This document shows positions 11,205 to 20,624 of a stretch of 64,000 nt of DNA, one piece after another. Numbering within the stretch: the stretch's first letter is position 1; each line of letters opens with the position of its first letter. Origin of the DNA: Dudresnaya verticillata (Eukaryota); the NCBI GenBank assembly GCA_977862235.1, contig OZ374561.1, positions 2,232,001-2,296,000 on the forward strand, in the 5' to 3' direction. Position numbers and translations under genes: made by a program. The notes below the pieces were generated by a model. The model made no database searches and was not told the DNA's origin. It saw only the letters and a list, made by a program, of their open reading frames with translations.

Positions 11205-12290
11205 TCATTTTTGGCTTCGCTGCCTTTGAGCTTCAAAAAGGATCACAGTGCCAGCCATTGCAGCGTTCAAACTTTCCATGCCGTCTCTCATGGGAATACA
11301 AATACTCTGCTGAGCAGCCTCAAAAGCAGTCCGGCTTGGCCCGTCGGCTTCCGAGCCAACAACCAAGGCACTAGGTACTCTCCAGTTAACGTCTGTGTAG
11401 CTCATGTCAGAAGAACCTTCTGCAACACGAATTTCGCTCTTCGTCTCTCGCATATATTCAGCAATATCAGACCAACTCATCCCTGCCCTTGTCGGCAACC
11501 GAAACTGCGCTCCCATTCCAGATCTCAAGACCTTGAGGTTCCAAATATCTGCACACCCCGTGGTAAGGCATGCCGCCTGCACACCGGCTGCAGCCGCTGA
11601 TCGCAGTAATGTCCCCAGGTTCCCAGGGTCGCGTATTTCATCACATATCAAAGTCAAAGTAGTCGTCATGGGCAAGTGCACTTCCGGTCTGTCAAAAATT
11701 GCTACCAAGCCCTTATGTCCGAAACGATGCCACAATTGCAACTTGGTTAGTCTCATGACCACATCGCTATCGCATGTTGGAAGAAAGCAAGCTCTGGTTT
11801 GAAGTCTGGGACAGCTTACCTGGGGGCTAACTGTGTCCGAAAACGACCGAATAACGCTTTCAGACACCATGACGTCCTCGCTGCCGATATGTCGAATGCG
11901 CTCCCGAAGCTCATGGTTGACTACATTCCTGTTGAGAGCTTCTTTCGTGTAAAAGAAGCATCTGGGCTGAACACCAGCTTGCAAAGCATCCGATATCAAT
12001 CGCTGTCCCTCGAGGAGAATTCTTCCGTCTTTATCGCGTTGTCTGCGGCGAAGTAATGAGCGAGCGTCTTTCGCCCGCGGATTTTTGAGGCTCTGTATTT
12101 CAGATTCAGCATGTGAGACCATGCGCACTCTCTTGAAGGATCTGAAGCATGTCTTTGGCACTTTTGCCAGCAATCTCTCCGACCGCCCGACAAGGATGCA
12201 TGGAGAGAAGCAGATCTGGGAGAGCTGCCTGCCACTGCGAATCACGCCTTCTTCCCAGTACCCCATTTCCTTAATCCTCTTCCTATGCAT
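11205..12290 (-). CDS. SpoU/TrmH-family (SPOUT) RNA 2'-O-methyltransferase with one in-frame intron at 11712-11819; start codon uncertain (12290 or 12122)
   Basis: IQSLKNPRAK, LLEGQRLISDAL, IRDPGNLGTLLRSA, VLRSGMGA, LVVGSEADG, IPM..MESLNAAMAGTVILFE. Removing GTAAGC...ACTAAC...AAG (108 nt) restores TVSPQ|GLVA. Confidence 0.9.
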   Translation of the reverse strand: MHRKRIKEMGYWEEGVIRSGRQLSQICFSPCILVGRSERLLAKVPKTCFRSFKRVRMVSHAESEIQSLKNPRAKDARSLLRRRQRDKDGRILLEGQRLISDALQAGVQPRCFFYTKEALNRNVVNHELRERIRHIGSEDVMVSESVIRSFSDTVSPQVSCPRLQTRACFLPTCDSDVVMRLTKLQLWHRFGHKGLVAIFDRPEVHLPMTTTLTLICDEIRDPGNLGTLLRSAAAAGVQAACLTTGCADIWNLKVLRSGMGAQFRLPTRAGMSWSDIAEYMRETKSEIRVAEGSSDMSYTDVNWRVPSALVVGSEADGPSRTAFEAAQQSICIPMRDGMESLNAAMAGTVILFEAQRQRSQK

Positions 12291-12866
12291 TGACGTTGCA
12301 TTCAGTCCTCGAATATGTCAAATCCGCTTAGGCCCTCACAATAAAGCGCCAGCAGGTTCGAAATTGTCTTCCTGGTAGCGTTGCTCAGTGAAGCTGCGTC
12401 TGTAGAAACGAGTTGGGCACGAGATCAAGAAAAAAAAAGAAAACTGTATTGGATTTTCCCGTTCTGCGAGAAAATGGTCGGATCGGATCAAGCGAAAAAG
12501 CCGAAACTACAACTGCTCCTTACTCCTCGCGGTCATGGCTTGCATGCCACTCGTGATAGTACCTGTAGAACAAGCGTACTAGGCTTTTTGTACGGAAGCT
12601 CGCCTCACGTTCCTCGTTCCCGCGATTGCTTCCTCGCTTCCGCGGAAGAACCGCCCAGGGTCTCTGAGGATCCTCACAACTCAAAAGGTTCACAGCTTGG
12701 GCCATCGCCGGTTGGTGGAAAAGCACTGTTAGTCACTGCCTTCTTCTGTTTCCCATCACAGTTTGGTGCCATTTGGTCCTCGAAGCTTTTTACGATTTCT
12801 CCTGAGCTCTGGGGTGTGTGAAATTCCCTTCTTCCGGAAGAACAAACACAAGGCACCACATTCCAC

Positions 12867-14048
12867 ATGGTTCTATCAAAGTCCCTTACGCTGTCGCTGT
12901 TGACCAGTCGAACTTTCTGGGCACAAAGAACCCACCCGGCCATACGAACTCTGAGATTTTTAGAGCTCTCAAGAAGGCATTATACAAGGCAAGCCACCGC
13001 ATTCGTTGACCGTATCGTAATTGTTGTCAAGGCAGGAAATGGCGGGCCAGGATGCGCCTCATTCGCGAAAGGACCCAACAAAGAAATCGCCCCGCCGGAT
13101 GGTGGTCATGGTGGCCACGGCGGATCTGTGTGGGTCGAAGCGTCGTCGAAATGTAATTCCCTTCGGTCATCTGCTCTCAAATTGCGGGCAGAGAATGGTG
13201 GAGCCGGTTTTTCCGCAAACCAAAAAGGCAAGCAGGGCAGTGACCTGGTCATCCCCGTACCTCGAGGAACTATTATTCGGGAAAAACCTTTCATTTCAAA
13301 TGATCCGTTTTCGGAGCCACTGGAGGCTGAACCGCTAGAGGGTATGCTAATCTCTGAGCTGAATGAAGATGGTCAGCGAGCTGAAGTTGCTCGAGGGGGG
13401 CATGGGGGCCGTGGCAACTCATCATTCAAGTCTTCTCGAAACCGGTCTCCAACAAACTCTGAACCTGGTGAATCTGGTGAGAAGCGTCGTCTTGAGCTTG
13501 AGTTGAAGAGCATAGCGGACATTGGGCTTGTTGGGTTTCCAAATGCTGGCAAGAGCACGCTTCTTCGAGCTATCTCCCACGCAAAACCGAAAGTTGCGTC
13601 ATACCCATTTACAACCTTAAGACCACATATCGGGGTCGTACAAACAGCATCCCCAACTGACAAGTTTGCCGAACGAACAATGACAGTTGCAGACATACCA
13701 GGGTTAATTGAGGGGGCACATGCGAATCGTGGCCTTGGACACGAGTTCCTGCGTCACATTGAGAGAACAAGGTTCCTTGCTTACGTTCTAGATCTATCGG
13801 TCTCAAACAGCAACTTGGTTGAAGAGTTAGGTGTTCTGCACAACGAGCTGGAGATGCACGAAGAAGGCCTGTCCAAGCGACAGTCGTGCATTGTTGCTAA
13901 CAAGATGGATGCTGGACCGACGTCTCACGAAAACCTGAGCTCGCTGTTACATGCGGTCGGGGACGAAACAACAATCTTTCCGATTTCCGCTAAGCACAAG
14001 ACTGGCGTTCAGGATGTCATAGACCACTTTGCAGCCAGTCTTTCATGA
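12867..14048 (+). CDS. Obg/CgtA-family GTPase, probably organellar (MTG2/GTPBP5-like), with N-terminal targeting peptide
   Basis: FVDR..VKAGNGGPG, Gly-rich Obg fold, ELKSIADIGLVGFPNAGKSTLL, YPFTTLRP, DIPGLIEGA, NKMD, ISA. The N-terminus is basic and Ser/Thr-rich. Confidence 0.93.
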   Translation: MVLSKSLTLSLLTSRTFWAQRTHPAIRTLRFLELSRRHYTRQATAFVDRIVIVVKAGNGGPGCASFAKGPNKEIAPPDGGHGGHGGSVWVEASSKCNSLRSSALKLRAENGGAGFSANQKGKQGSDLVIPVPRGTIIREKPFISNDPFSEPLEAEPLEGMLISELNEDGQRAEVARGGHGGRGNSSFKSSRNRSPTNSEPGESGEKRRLELELKSIADIGLVGFPNAGKSTLLRAISHAKPKVASYPFTTLRPHIGVVQTASPTDKFAERTMTVADIPGLIEGAHANRGLGHEFLRHIERTRFLAYVLDLSVSNSNLVEELGVLHNELEMHEEGLSKRQSCIVANKMDAGPTSHENLSSLLHAVGDETTIFPISAKHKTGVQDVIDHFAASLS

Positions 14049-14457
14049 GGTCTCAGCTGACTTCCTTCGAAGAGTCTCGAAGAAAACTAGCCTTGAGCCA
14101 GAATCTCGCGAACATGTTCTACCCCCGAAGGGACTCCTCAGAAAGCACATGTACTCATACCATAACTACAATGATGTTGGTCAGATGGTCCTGAAATGCA
14201 TTCGCCGGGCCTTGAAGGAATACTCAGTTCAGGCACCGCTCGGTTAGAGGCCAGCGTTTCAAAAACTTGAGGGACTCAAAAACTCAACAATTGGCGGGAG
14301 AAGTCGATTCTCGAAATTTGCAGTGATTTGCCGACGGTCAGCGCTTCACACAAGCTTCGTGAGGCCTTCTTTGACCCGCGTTGCAACCTGTGCAAGTTGA
14401 GTAGTAGTTTGCTGTGGTGCGTTCTCAGTCAGACGACCGCAGTAGTTTCCATCCAGC

Positions 14458-15009
14458 ATGCCTGCCTCAATAACTGAAGACGAAAAGAGGGAGCTCAGGA
14501 AGTCCTTCGACTTGTTTGACGACTCCAAGACAGGTAAGCACACGCACCAGCTACCGCATGTCCCTATCTTCACTTCTACCTGGTCCACTGTCAATGCCTA
14601 ACTCCGTGGGGTGCTTGATACATTCATATTACCAGGGCATGTCCTCGCGTCACGAATAGGCCTGATTGTGCGTGGCTGTGGTGAGAACCCGTCTGAGGCA
14701 CGAATCGATGACATTGTCAAGCGTGCAAACGAGAAGGACGGGACGATTAGTTTCGATGAGTTCCTCGATATCGTGCAGGACATTCGTGCAAACGAGAAAC
14801 GACTGACTGCTGCAGATCTCGAGACGGCCTTCAGGGTCTTTGACCCTGAAAAAACAGGGTGCATCCATCAAGACGAGCTCCGCAAAGTTCTGACCACCCT
14901 TGGTGAGAAACTTTCGGATGAGGAGGTTGGAGAAATGTTTGGGCTTGTTGACACTGCTGCCGACGGTACGATAGACTATGTCTCCCTTTCAAAGAAACTT
15001 GTTCCATGA
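14458..15009 (+). CDS. Divergent calmodulin-like / myosin-light-chain-like EF-hand protein (149 aa); exons 14458-14533 and 14636-15009
   Basis: Exon 1 reads MPASITEDEKRELRKSFDLFDDSKTG. Intron 14534-14635 is GTAAGC...CCTAAC...CAG. Exon 2 contains GENPSEA, DGTISFDEF, AFRVFDPEKTG, LGEKLSDEEV and DGTIDY. Confidence 0.88.
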
Positions 15010-15910
15010 GTTGCACGGCAAAGACCGCCTCGCTGGCCGACTTGCTTCGAGTTGCTTCGACAAGCGTCGGCACTACTATTCGTTTCCCGGGTGCTGCCTT
15101 CTCAGAAATATTATCATCTGCGATGACTGATGCTTGCAAGTAAGGCCACTGGCTACGATTGAATTCCGTTTCAGAGAAAGAGAAAAGCCTTCGTTGTACG
15201 TCGACTCGAGCCAGCACTACGGGATATTCGCTTAAGTTTGGTAGCGCCCTGACGGTAGCTGACCACCTGTGCCATAAAACTGGGAGTTTTTGGCCTGGTC
15301 TTCCTGTTCCTTCCAGGAGGTGTTCGATGTTGTCTCCCTGCTCATGTTCCGCCTAAAGCCAAAGTAATATGCCCCCAAATGCTGAAACTTGTACGAGCCG
15401 TGCCCGCTCGGCGAGAAATATCCTATCCTAGGATTCTTTGCTTTCTGCGTCTATTCCTGTTAGGTGGCAAATAGCAATGACCATTCCTTCTTTCCTTATC
15501 CTCGTTTGTTTATGAAGTTGATTTGACAACAGGACTGTGCCCTGTCAATCAAGCAGTAAGTTTTGTTTCCGGCCTACTAAGAGCTGAACTGAAGAATGCA
15601 ATTCCTTGAAGGATGAACAAAGCGTAGGATTTTCAAGCCGAATACCTCCAATCCCTAGAGGAAGGCCGTTATCTGAGCAATGCTTCTATCCGAAGCAGCG
15701 CCGTGCTGGGCGGCATAATCTATGACCAAAGTATGAAGATGCACCAACTAAAGGAAGGCTGGACGCTCGGCAGCATGAACTAAGTTTACGAGCAAATTCC
15801 ACAAAAAAATACGCCTTGGTCGAGGTCAAGGTCTTAACGTGGGATGTAAGCAAGATTCCATCCGTGTATTAAGTCCCCTGACGAGTCGAAAGCCCTTTCA
15901 GTGCCCCTTC

Positions 15911-16558
15911 TTAAGCAACTGGGGTGCCTTCCACATCGTCAGCATCCATAATAATCGTGTGCACACCTATCACAACCAACAGAAAGACTGTCAATGAAAC
16001 TAGGAAGTTCAAAGCCCCTGCCCAAAATACAACAACGAGTCCTGTTCCAACCATTACACCAATCTTTCCATGATCATCAAGCACAAAAAGACCTCCAACT
16101 TCGATGTCCTCCACACTTTTCGCAAAAAGGAACCAGAAAAGTGCCACCCAGGCAGCCATTGCTGCAATTGTCCAGAAATGCCCTAGAGAGAAAAACGTCA
16201 TGTGAAGGAGCGCTAACAAGAAGAAGTTATAGAAGTACATCCGAAGGTTCTTTCCCATACGGTTCCGTACTTCTGCCCAATTTTGGGGCCGGTTCAACTT
16301 GGAGAAATCGAAAAAGTCCCTCCAAGGTTGTGCATTCTGCAGTATGAGGCTCAGCCGGTCTTTGGCCGACATATCCGTCGAAAGATCAAGTGGCTCGAGG
16401 TATAAGTCATCGAGCTCAGGCAATGCTTCCTTTGCACGCTTCCATGCATTGTCCAGAAATGAAAACATAGGCCAAGACTCATCCATATCGCAGCCAGTTT
16501 GAATGCCTAAAGGTTTGGGTGGAGGAACGGGTAACTCTGCTTCCAAAGTCAGTAACAT
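15911..16558 (-). CDS. PRA1 (prenylated Rab acceptor) family membrane protein
   Basis: QPWRDFFD..P....EVRNRMGKNLRMYFYNF, followed by hydrophobic segments and VIGVH. Alternative start at 16486. Confidence 0.82.
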   Translation of the reverse strand: MLLTLEAELPVPPPKPLGIQTGCDMDESWPMFSFLDNAWKRAKEALPELDDLYLEPLDLSTDMSAKDRLSLILQNAQPWRDFFDFSKLNRPQNWAEVRNRMGKNLRMYFYNFFLLALLHMTFFSLGHFWTIAAMAAWVALFWFLFAKSVEDIEVGGLFVLDDHGKIGVMVGTGLVVVFWAGALNFLVSLTVFLLVVIGVHTIIMDADDVEGTPVA

Positions 16559-17620
16559 ATTCAGTCTGCATGCATACCAGGCGCACCTGTGCTGGTCGCC
16601 TTACATGGAAACCTCATCTTTGAAAGCCCGAAAACTCAGAGACGGATACGGGGCAACTCAGCCCAATCGAAACAGCAATGCGAATTGGACCTTAGCGCCC
16701 AACCCTCGACAATTTGCGTGGCTAGAACGTCCTGCCCCATGATTGCCCCGGCATCGATGCACAGGGCCCCACTGGAGCTGTGAAGACATCCATGAGAGGT
16801 AGTTCGATCTTGTGCGTTGCAAAGCAAGAGCCGTTCCCAACTCGAGAATTACGCGAATTACACAAATTACGCACTCCTCAAGACCTTTTGGAACTGCTTG
16901 CTTGGACTGAAGAGGTGGAAGCGGTACAGAGAGACCTTCTGTGCATCTGTCCTATGTAAACCCTTCGAAGGTCCCGGTGGAGACGCTTGGAAGAAAACCA
17001 CACTGGGAATAATTCCCTAAGGGTACTGGTCTCGCAGCAACAAAGGCACCGCTATAAGTTCCCATACGATTCTGGATCGTGCTCGAGAACAACAGAATTG
17101 TGTCGAAGGGACATCGCTGATTGTCGCGTTCCGGGGCACCCGTACTGTACAAGAGGGTACCCCATTCTCAACAATACAACAAACTGCGGCCGCCGAGTAG
17201 GGCACGTTGTGCTGTTTGGGCGTAACGCTTCGTAACGCTCTCGCCCTTGAAATGCATTATAATTACGTCAAGGACCCTTCTGCTTACAGTGGTGGCAGAA
17301 AGTATAAAGCACCCCCCTAAAAGGGAAAATGCTGGACAGTGCGGACTGTAGAGCGCTTTAAAAGGAGTGTCCTAAAAGGTATTTGGCCCGCGAAGAACGA
17401 ATCAGAAGCCCGTTTTATAAAAGCTTTAATCGTTTTCGAGATATTCAACAACGCGCCAATATGGGGTGGAAGTGTCTATAAGGCACTTGGCTTTCAGTTC
17501 AGTACTCGCGGGAAAAGCAAACAGTAGCGATGTATACCTTGCGCAGAACGACTGCAGGGACACAAAGGAAGCTGCACGCAGTCGAACACCGAGCAGAAAG
17601 GCAACTGGGAGGCCGCAACT

Positions 17621-19223
17621 ATGCCTCGCGGAACCATGCTGACAGAAGAGGAGAAAGGCAAGATAAGCGCATTTCACAAGGCCTCTTGGTCACAGGTGGC
17701 TATCGCCCGAGAGCTAGGACGAAGCAGAGCCGTGGTACAGAACTTTCTGCGTCGTCCAAGCCAGTATGGGAAGGCTGGTCGTAAGGGAAGGCCGCTCAAG
17801 TTGACTGCTGCAGGCAAACGACAGCTACTTCGTGAAGCCTCGAAGGGCGTTTTAGGCTCAAACGCCTTACGCCAGTCTCTCTCCTTGACAGTAAGCGCCC
17901 GCCGCGTTCGCCAAGTCCTTAACGCAGCGCCCAATCTCAAGTATACGAAAATGATGCCGTGCCCGATGATGCTACCCAGACATATCAAGGACCTAATCAA
18001 CTGGGCTACGGATAAGGTGACCTGGAACATGTGCGATTGGAATAACGTTGTCTGGAGCGACGAAAAAAGTTTAACTTGGACTGTCCTGATGGGTTTGCCT
18101 ACTACTGGCACGACCTGAGGAAGGAACGGCGCATCTTTTCGAAGCGACAAAATGGCGGTGACTCGGTAATGATATGGGGGGCATTTGCTCGAAGGAAGAA
18201 GTGTTAATTGGCCGTTTGTGGTACAACGGCGATTTGCGCCAAGTGGGCGCTCGACGCTGTAAGTCGTAACGGGCCAATGCCCTGTAAGGCGCTGGCATTG
18301 CCGGACTGCGCCATGATGCGACAAGTGATTGGCGCCTGGCGCGAAATCATCTGCGCCTCAGACGAGCAATTGGCGCCTGATCATTGGTGCGGCGCTGGGA
18401 TATTTCCCGATTATACGCCGCCACAGGGGCGTAGATCCGCCTCCCATTGCTCAATGTAATTCTTGTACAGTACACTGTAGTAGTTAGTATTAGCACGGGC
18501 ACAAGCCCTATTTATTGGTCCCCTGAATAGCAGGGCACCCCTGATTGAACCCTACGGGGAGGTTCTCGGTCTTGACCATTTTCTGGATTCCGGGCGCTTC
18601 CCGTTCCCGTTTTGGACGCCAACTACAGGCTCATCACCGCACGGCAGGTTCTCTGCGGAATACCGGGTCGCGTCCCCCTTTTTCCCTTTCCTTTTTCCTG
18701 GTCTAGCGCCATTCTACCAAGCCTCTACCGCACCCGAGCTACCTGTGAGCACGACGGTTCCGGACAGGTGTCCTTTGTTCTTTTTGCTCTTCCTGGGATG
18801 GACCCGGTGTGCTACACCGTTCTTGAGAACAAACAGAACGCTGTGAAGTACAAGCAAACCCTGGAAGACTATCTACTTCCATTTGTGGACGAAGAGATGG
18901 GTTCGAGCTGGACTTTTCAGCAGGATGGTGCCAGCATCCATACTGCCTACGCTGTCAGGGAGTGGTTTACTGAAGAGAATATCGTGGTAATGGACTGGCC
19001 GGCCAAGTCTCCCGACTTGAACCCGATAGAAAACCTCTGGGCCATCTTGGCGCGTCCTGTGTACAGAAATGCGAGGCAGTTCAGTACCGTTGATGAGCTT
19101 CTAGACGTGATCTTTCATGAATGGGATGCAATTTCCGACACAATCCTTGACAACCTCGTGCGGTCAGTGCAAAAGCGCTGCATTGAAGTCCGGCGTCGCA
19201 AGGGACTGACCACCAAGTATTAA
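17621..19223 (+). pseudogene. Tc1 transposase with a frameshift, a stop and a solo-LTR insertion
   Basis: MPRG N-terminal HTH, WSDEK, VMIWGAF, FQQDGASIH-(34 aa)-SPDLNPIENLW. Frameshift near 18065-18085, TAA near 18205, insertion at 18217-18816. Confidence 0.92.
18217..18816. mobile_element. Solo LTR (600 bp) inside the Tc1 transposase
   Basis: Ends TGTGGTACA...TGTGCTACA, with 5-bp TSD CCGTT at 18212-18216 and 18817-18821. Removal rejoins ...LAV|LENKQNAVKY. Confidence 0.9.
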
Positions 19224-19821
19224 AGTATTTTTAGCAGTTATAGTCGCGTCGGAAGGCCAAGTGCCTTATAGGCACTTCCACCCCATATTGGCGCGTTGTT
19301 GAATATCTCGAAAACGATTAAAGCTTTTATAAAACGGGCTTCTGATTCGTTCTCCGCGGGTCAAATACCTTTTAGGACGCTCCTTTTGGGGCGCTCTACA
19401 GTCCGCACTGTCCAGCATTTCCCCTTTTAGGGGGTGCTTTATACTTTCTGCCACCACTGTAGTACAGTGCCCGAATTTTAAATAAATACACCCACCGTCA
19501 CCGTGCTAAATACGGTTTCCCGTCCAGCAATGAGCGCAACAACACCGCCCTTAGAGCATCTCTACCGGTACGGTAAAACATATTTCTAACCCGCATTTTT
19601 ATCCTACTGAAGACCGGAAGGTTTTTTGTGATGAAATCGGACACGGCTGACACGTGGCCACCGGGGAAGGCGCAGCGACTTAGGCCGGCGCGCAACTCTC
19701 GCGCCGGCACCGTCGCCCCGCTATGCCTTTGTTCTCGCCGGTTCCTGTTTCCGACGAGAATTCTCCACGTCCCTTGGGGTGTGGCAGTAGGCCTTTCAAA
19801 GCAGTTGCCAGACAACTGTGG

Positions 19822-20491
19822 TGTAGTGAAAACCCACGAACTCCGAGACGGACAGCTGGCCTGACTTTCCTTAACGGACGAGAGCAACATTACCTCCACG
19901 GGGTGGTAGAGCAGTTCGCACCGAGACGGGAGAACAGCTAGCGGCTAACCGAGACGGATATTGGGAAGCAACAGACAAGGGGGTGGTACAAGTGCCGGGA
20001 CGGACTCCGTAACGGTGGTGGTGGTAGACCGCAACGGGCTCGGCGCGGGGAAAACCGTAAAGGATTGGGCTAAGGTTGCTTACCCGTTTACCTTAGGAGC
20101 CGCTGCGGTGCCGCCCTGATATACAAGTCAGGGTGGCACCGAGCGGCCCGGTCCGTGGGGGCCAGACCCTAGTGGCCTGGACCCATGGTGGAATCGGCCC
20201 TGCTGGTCCCAATCTCCGACACGGACATGCGCAGCATTCTCATTGGCTGGCGCACTACTCTACATACTGTACAGATGATCACTAAAAATAAAGAATAAAC
20301 ACTACAAATACTCCGATATGGTTGGTGCGCTTCACTGCTGTACAGCAATGCGTACCGGCGTACAGCAATGCGCACGACATCCGACACAGTTACACGTTGC
20401 CAGATCATCAGCGTGGCGTATTGCCACATCATCCGTTACGGTTGGCTTGCAGTCGGCGTGCCGCGTGCGCGCCACGGCTCACTTCACCACA
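19822..20491 (-). repeat. 3' LTR of element A (670 bp)
   Basis: Minus-strand ends TGTGGTGAA...TTCACTACA; polypurine tract immediately upstream. Confidence 0.85.
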
Positions 20492-20493
20492 GA

Positions 20494-20510
20494 CCCCCCT
20501 CCTTAAATGG
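20494..20510 (-). other. Polypurine tract of element A (CCATTTAAGGAGGGGGG)
   Basis: Purine run ending 2 nt before the TG of the 3' LTR. Confidence 0.85.
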
Positions 20511-20624
20511 CGCCACGTCCTCGGGCGTCCACCGTCACGGATTACCTTTGCTTCCACACCCACACACAATCGATACGGTATCGTGCTCAACTTTTCCTCC
20601 CCCTTCGTGCGCGCTTCTCCCACC

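Larger units (their letters stand above)
17287..19459 (+). mobile_element. Tc1/mariner (Tc1/Tc3-like, DD34E) DNA transposon with ~205-bp TIRs and TA target duplication
   Basis: TA|CAGTGGTGGCAGAAAGTAT... (17287 to ~17495) is the near-perfect reverse complement of ~19252-19459 ...ATACTTTCTGCCACCACTG|TA. Confidence 0.95.

Noticed and set aside
18612..18816. N-terminus of the 203-aa ORF 18612-19223
   Set aside because: Read-through from the solo LTR; only the part after 18821 is transposase
19463..19821. TACAGTG right after the Tc1 end, possibly a second TIR
   Set aside because: No partner inverted repeat found in the window
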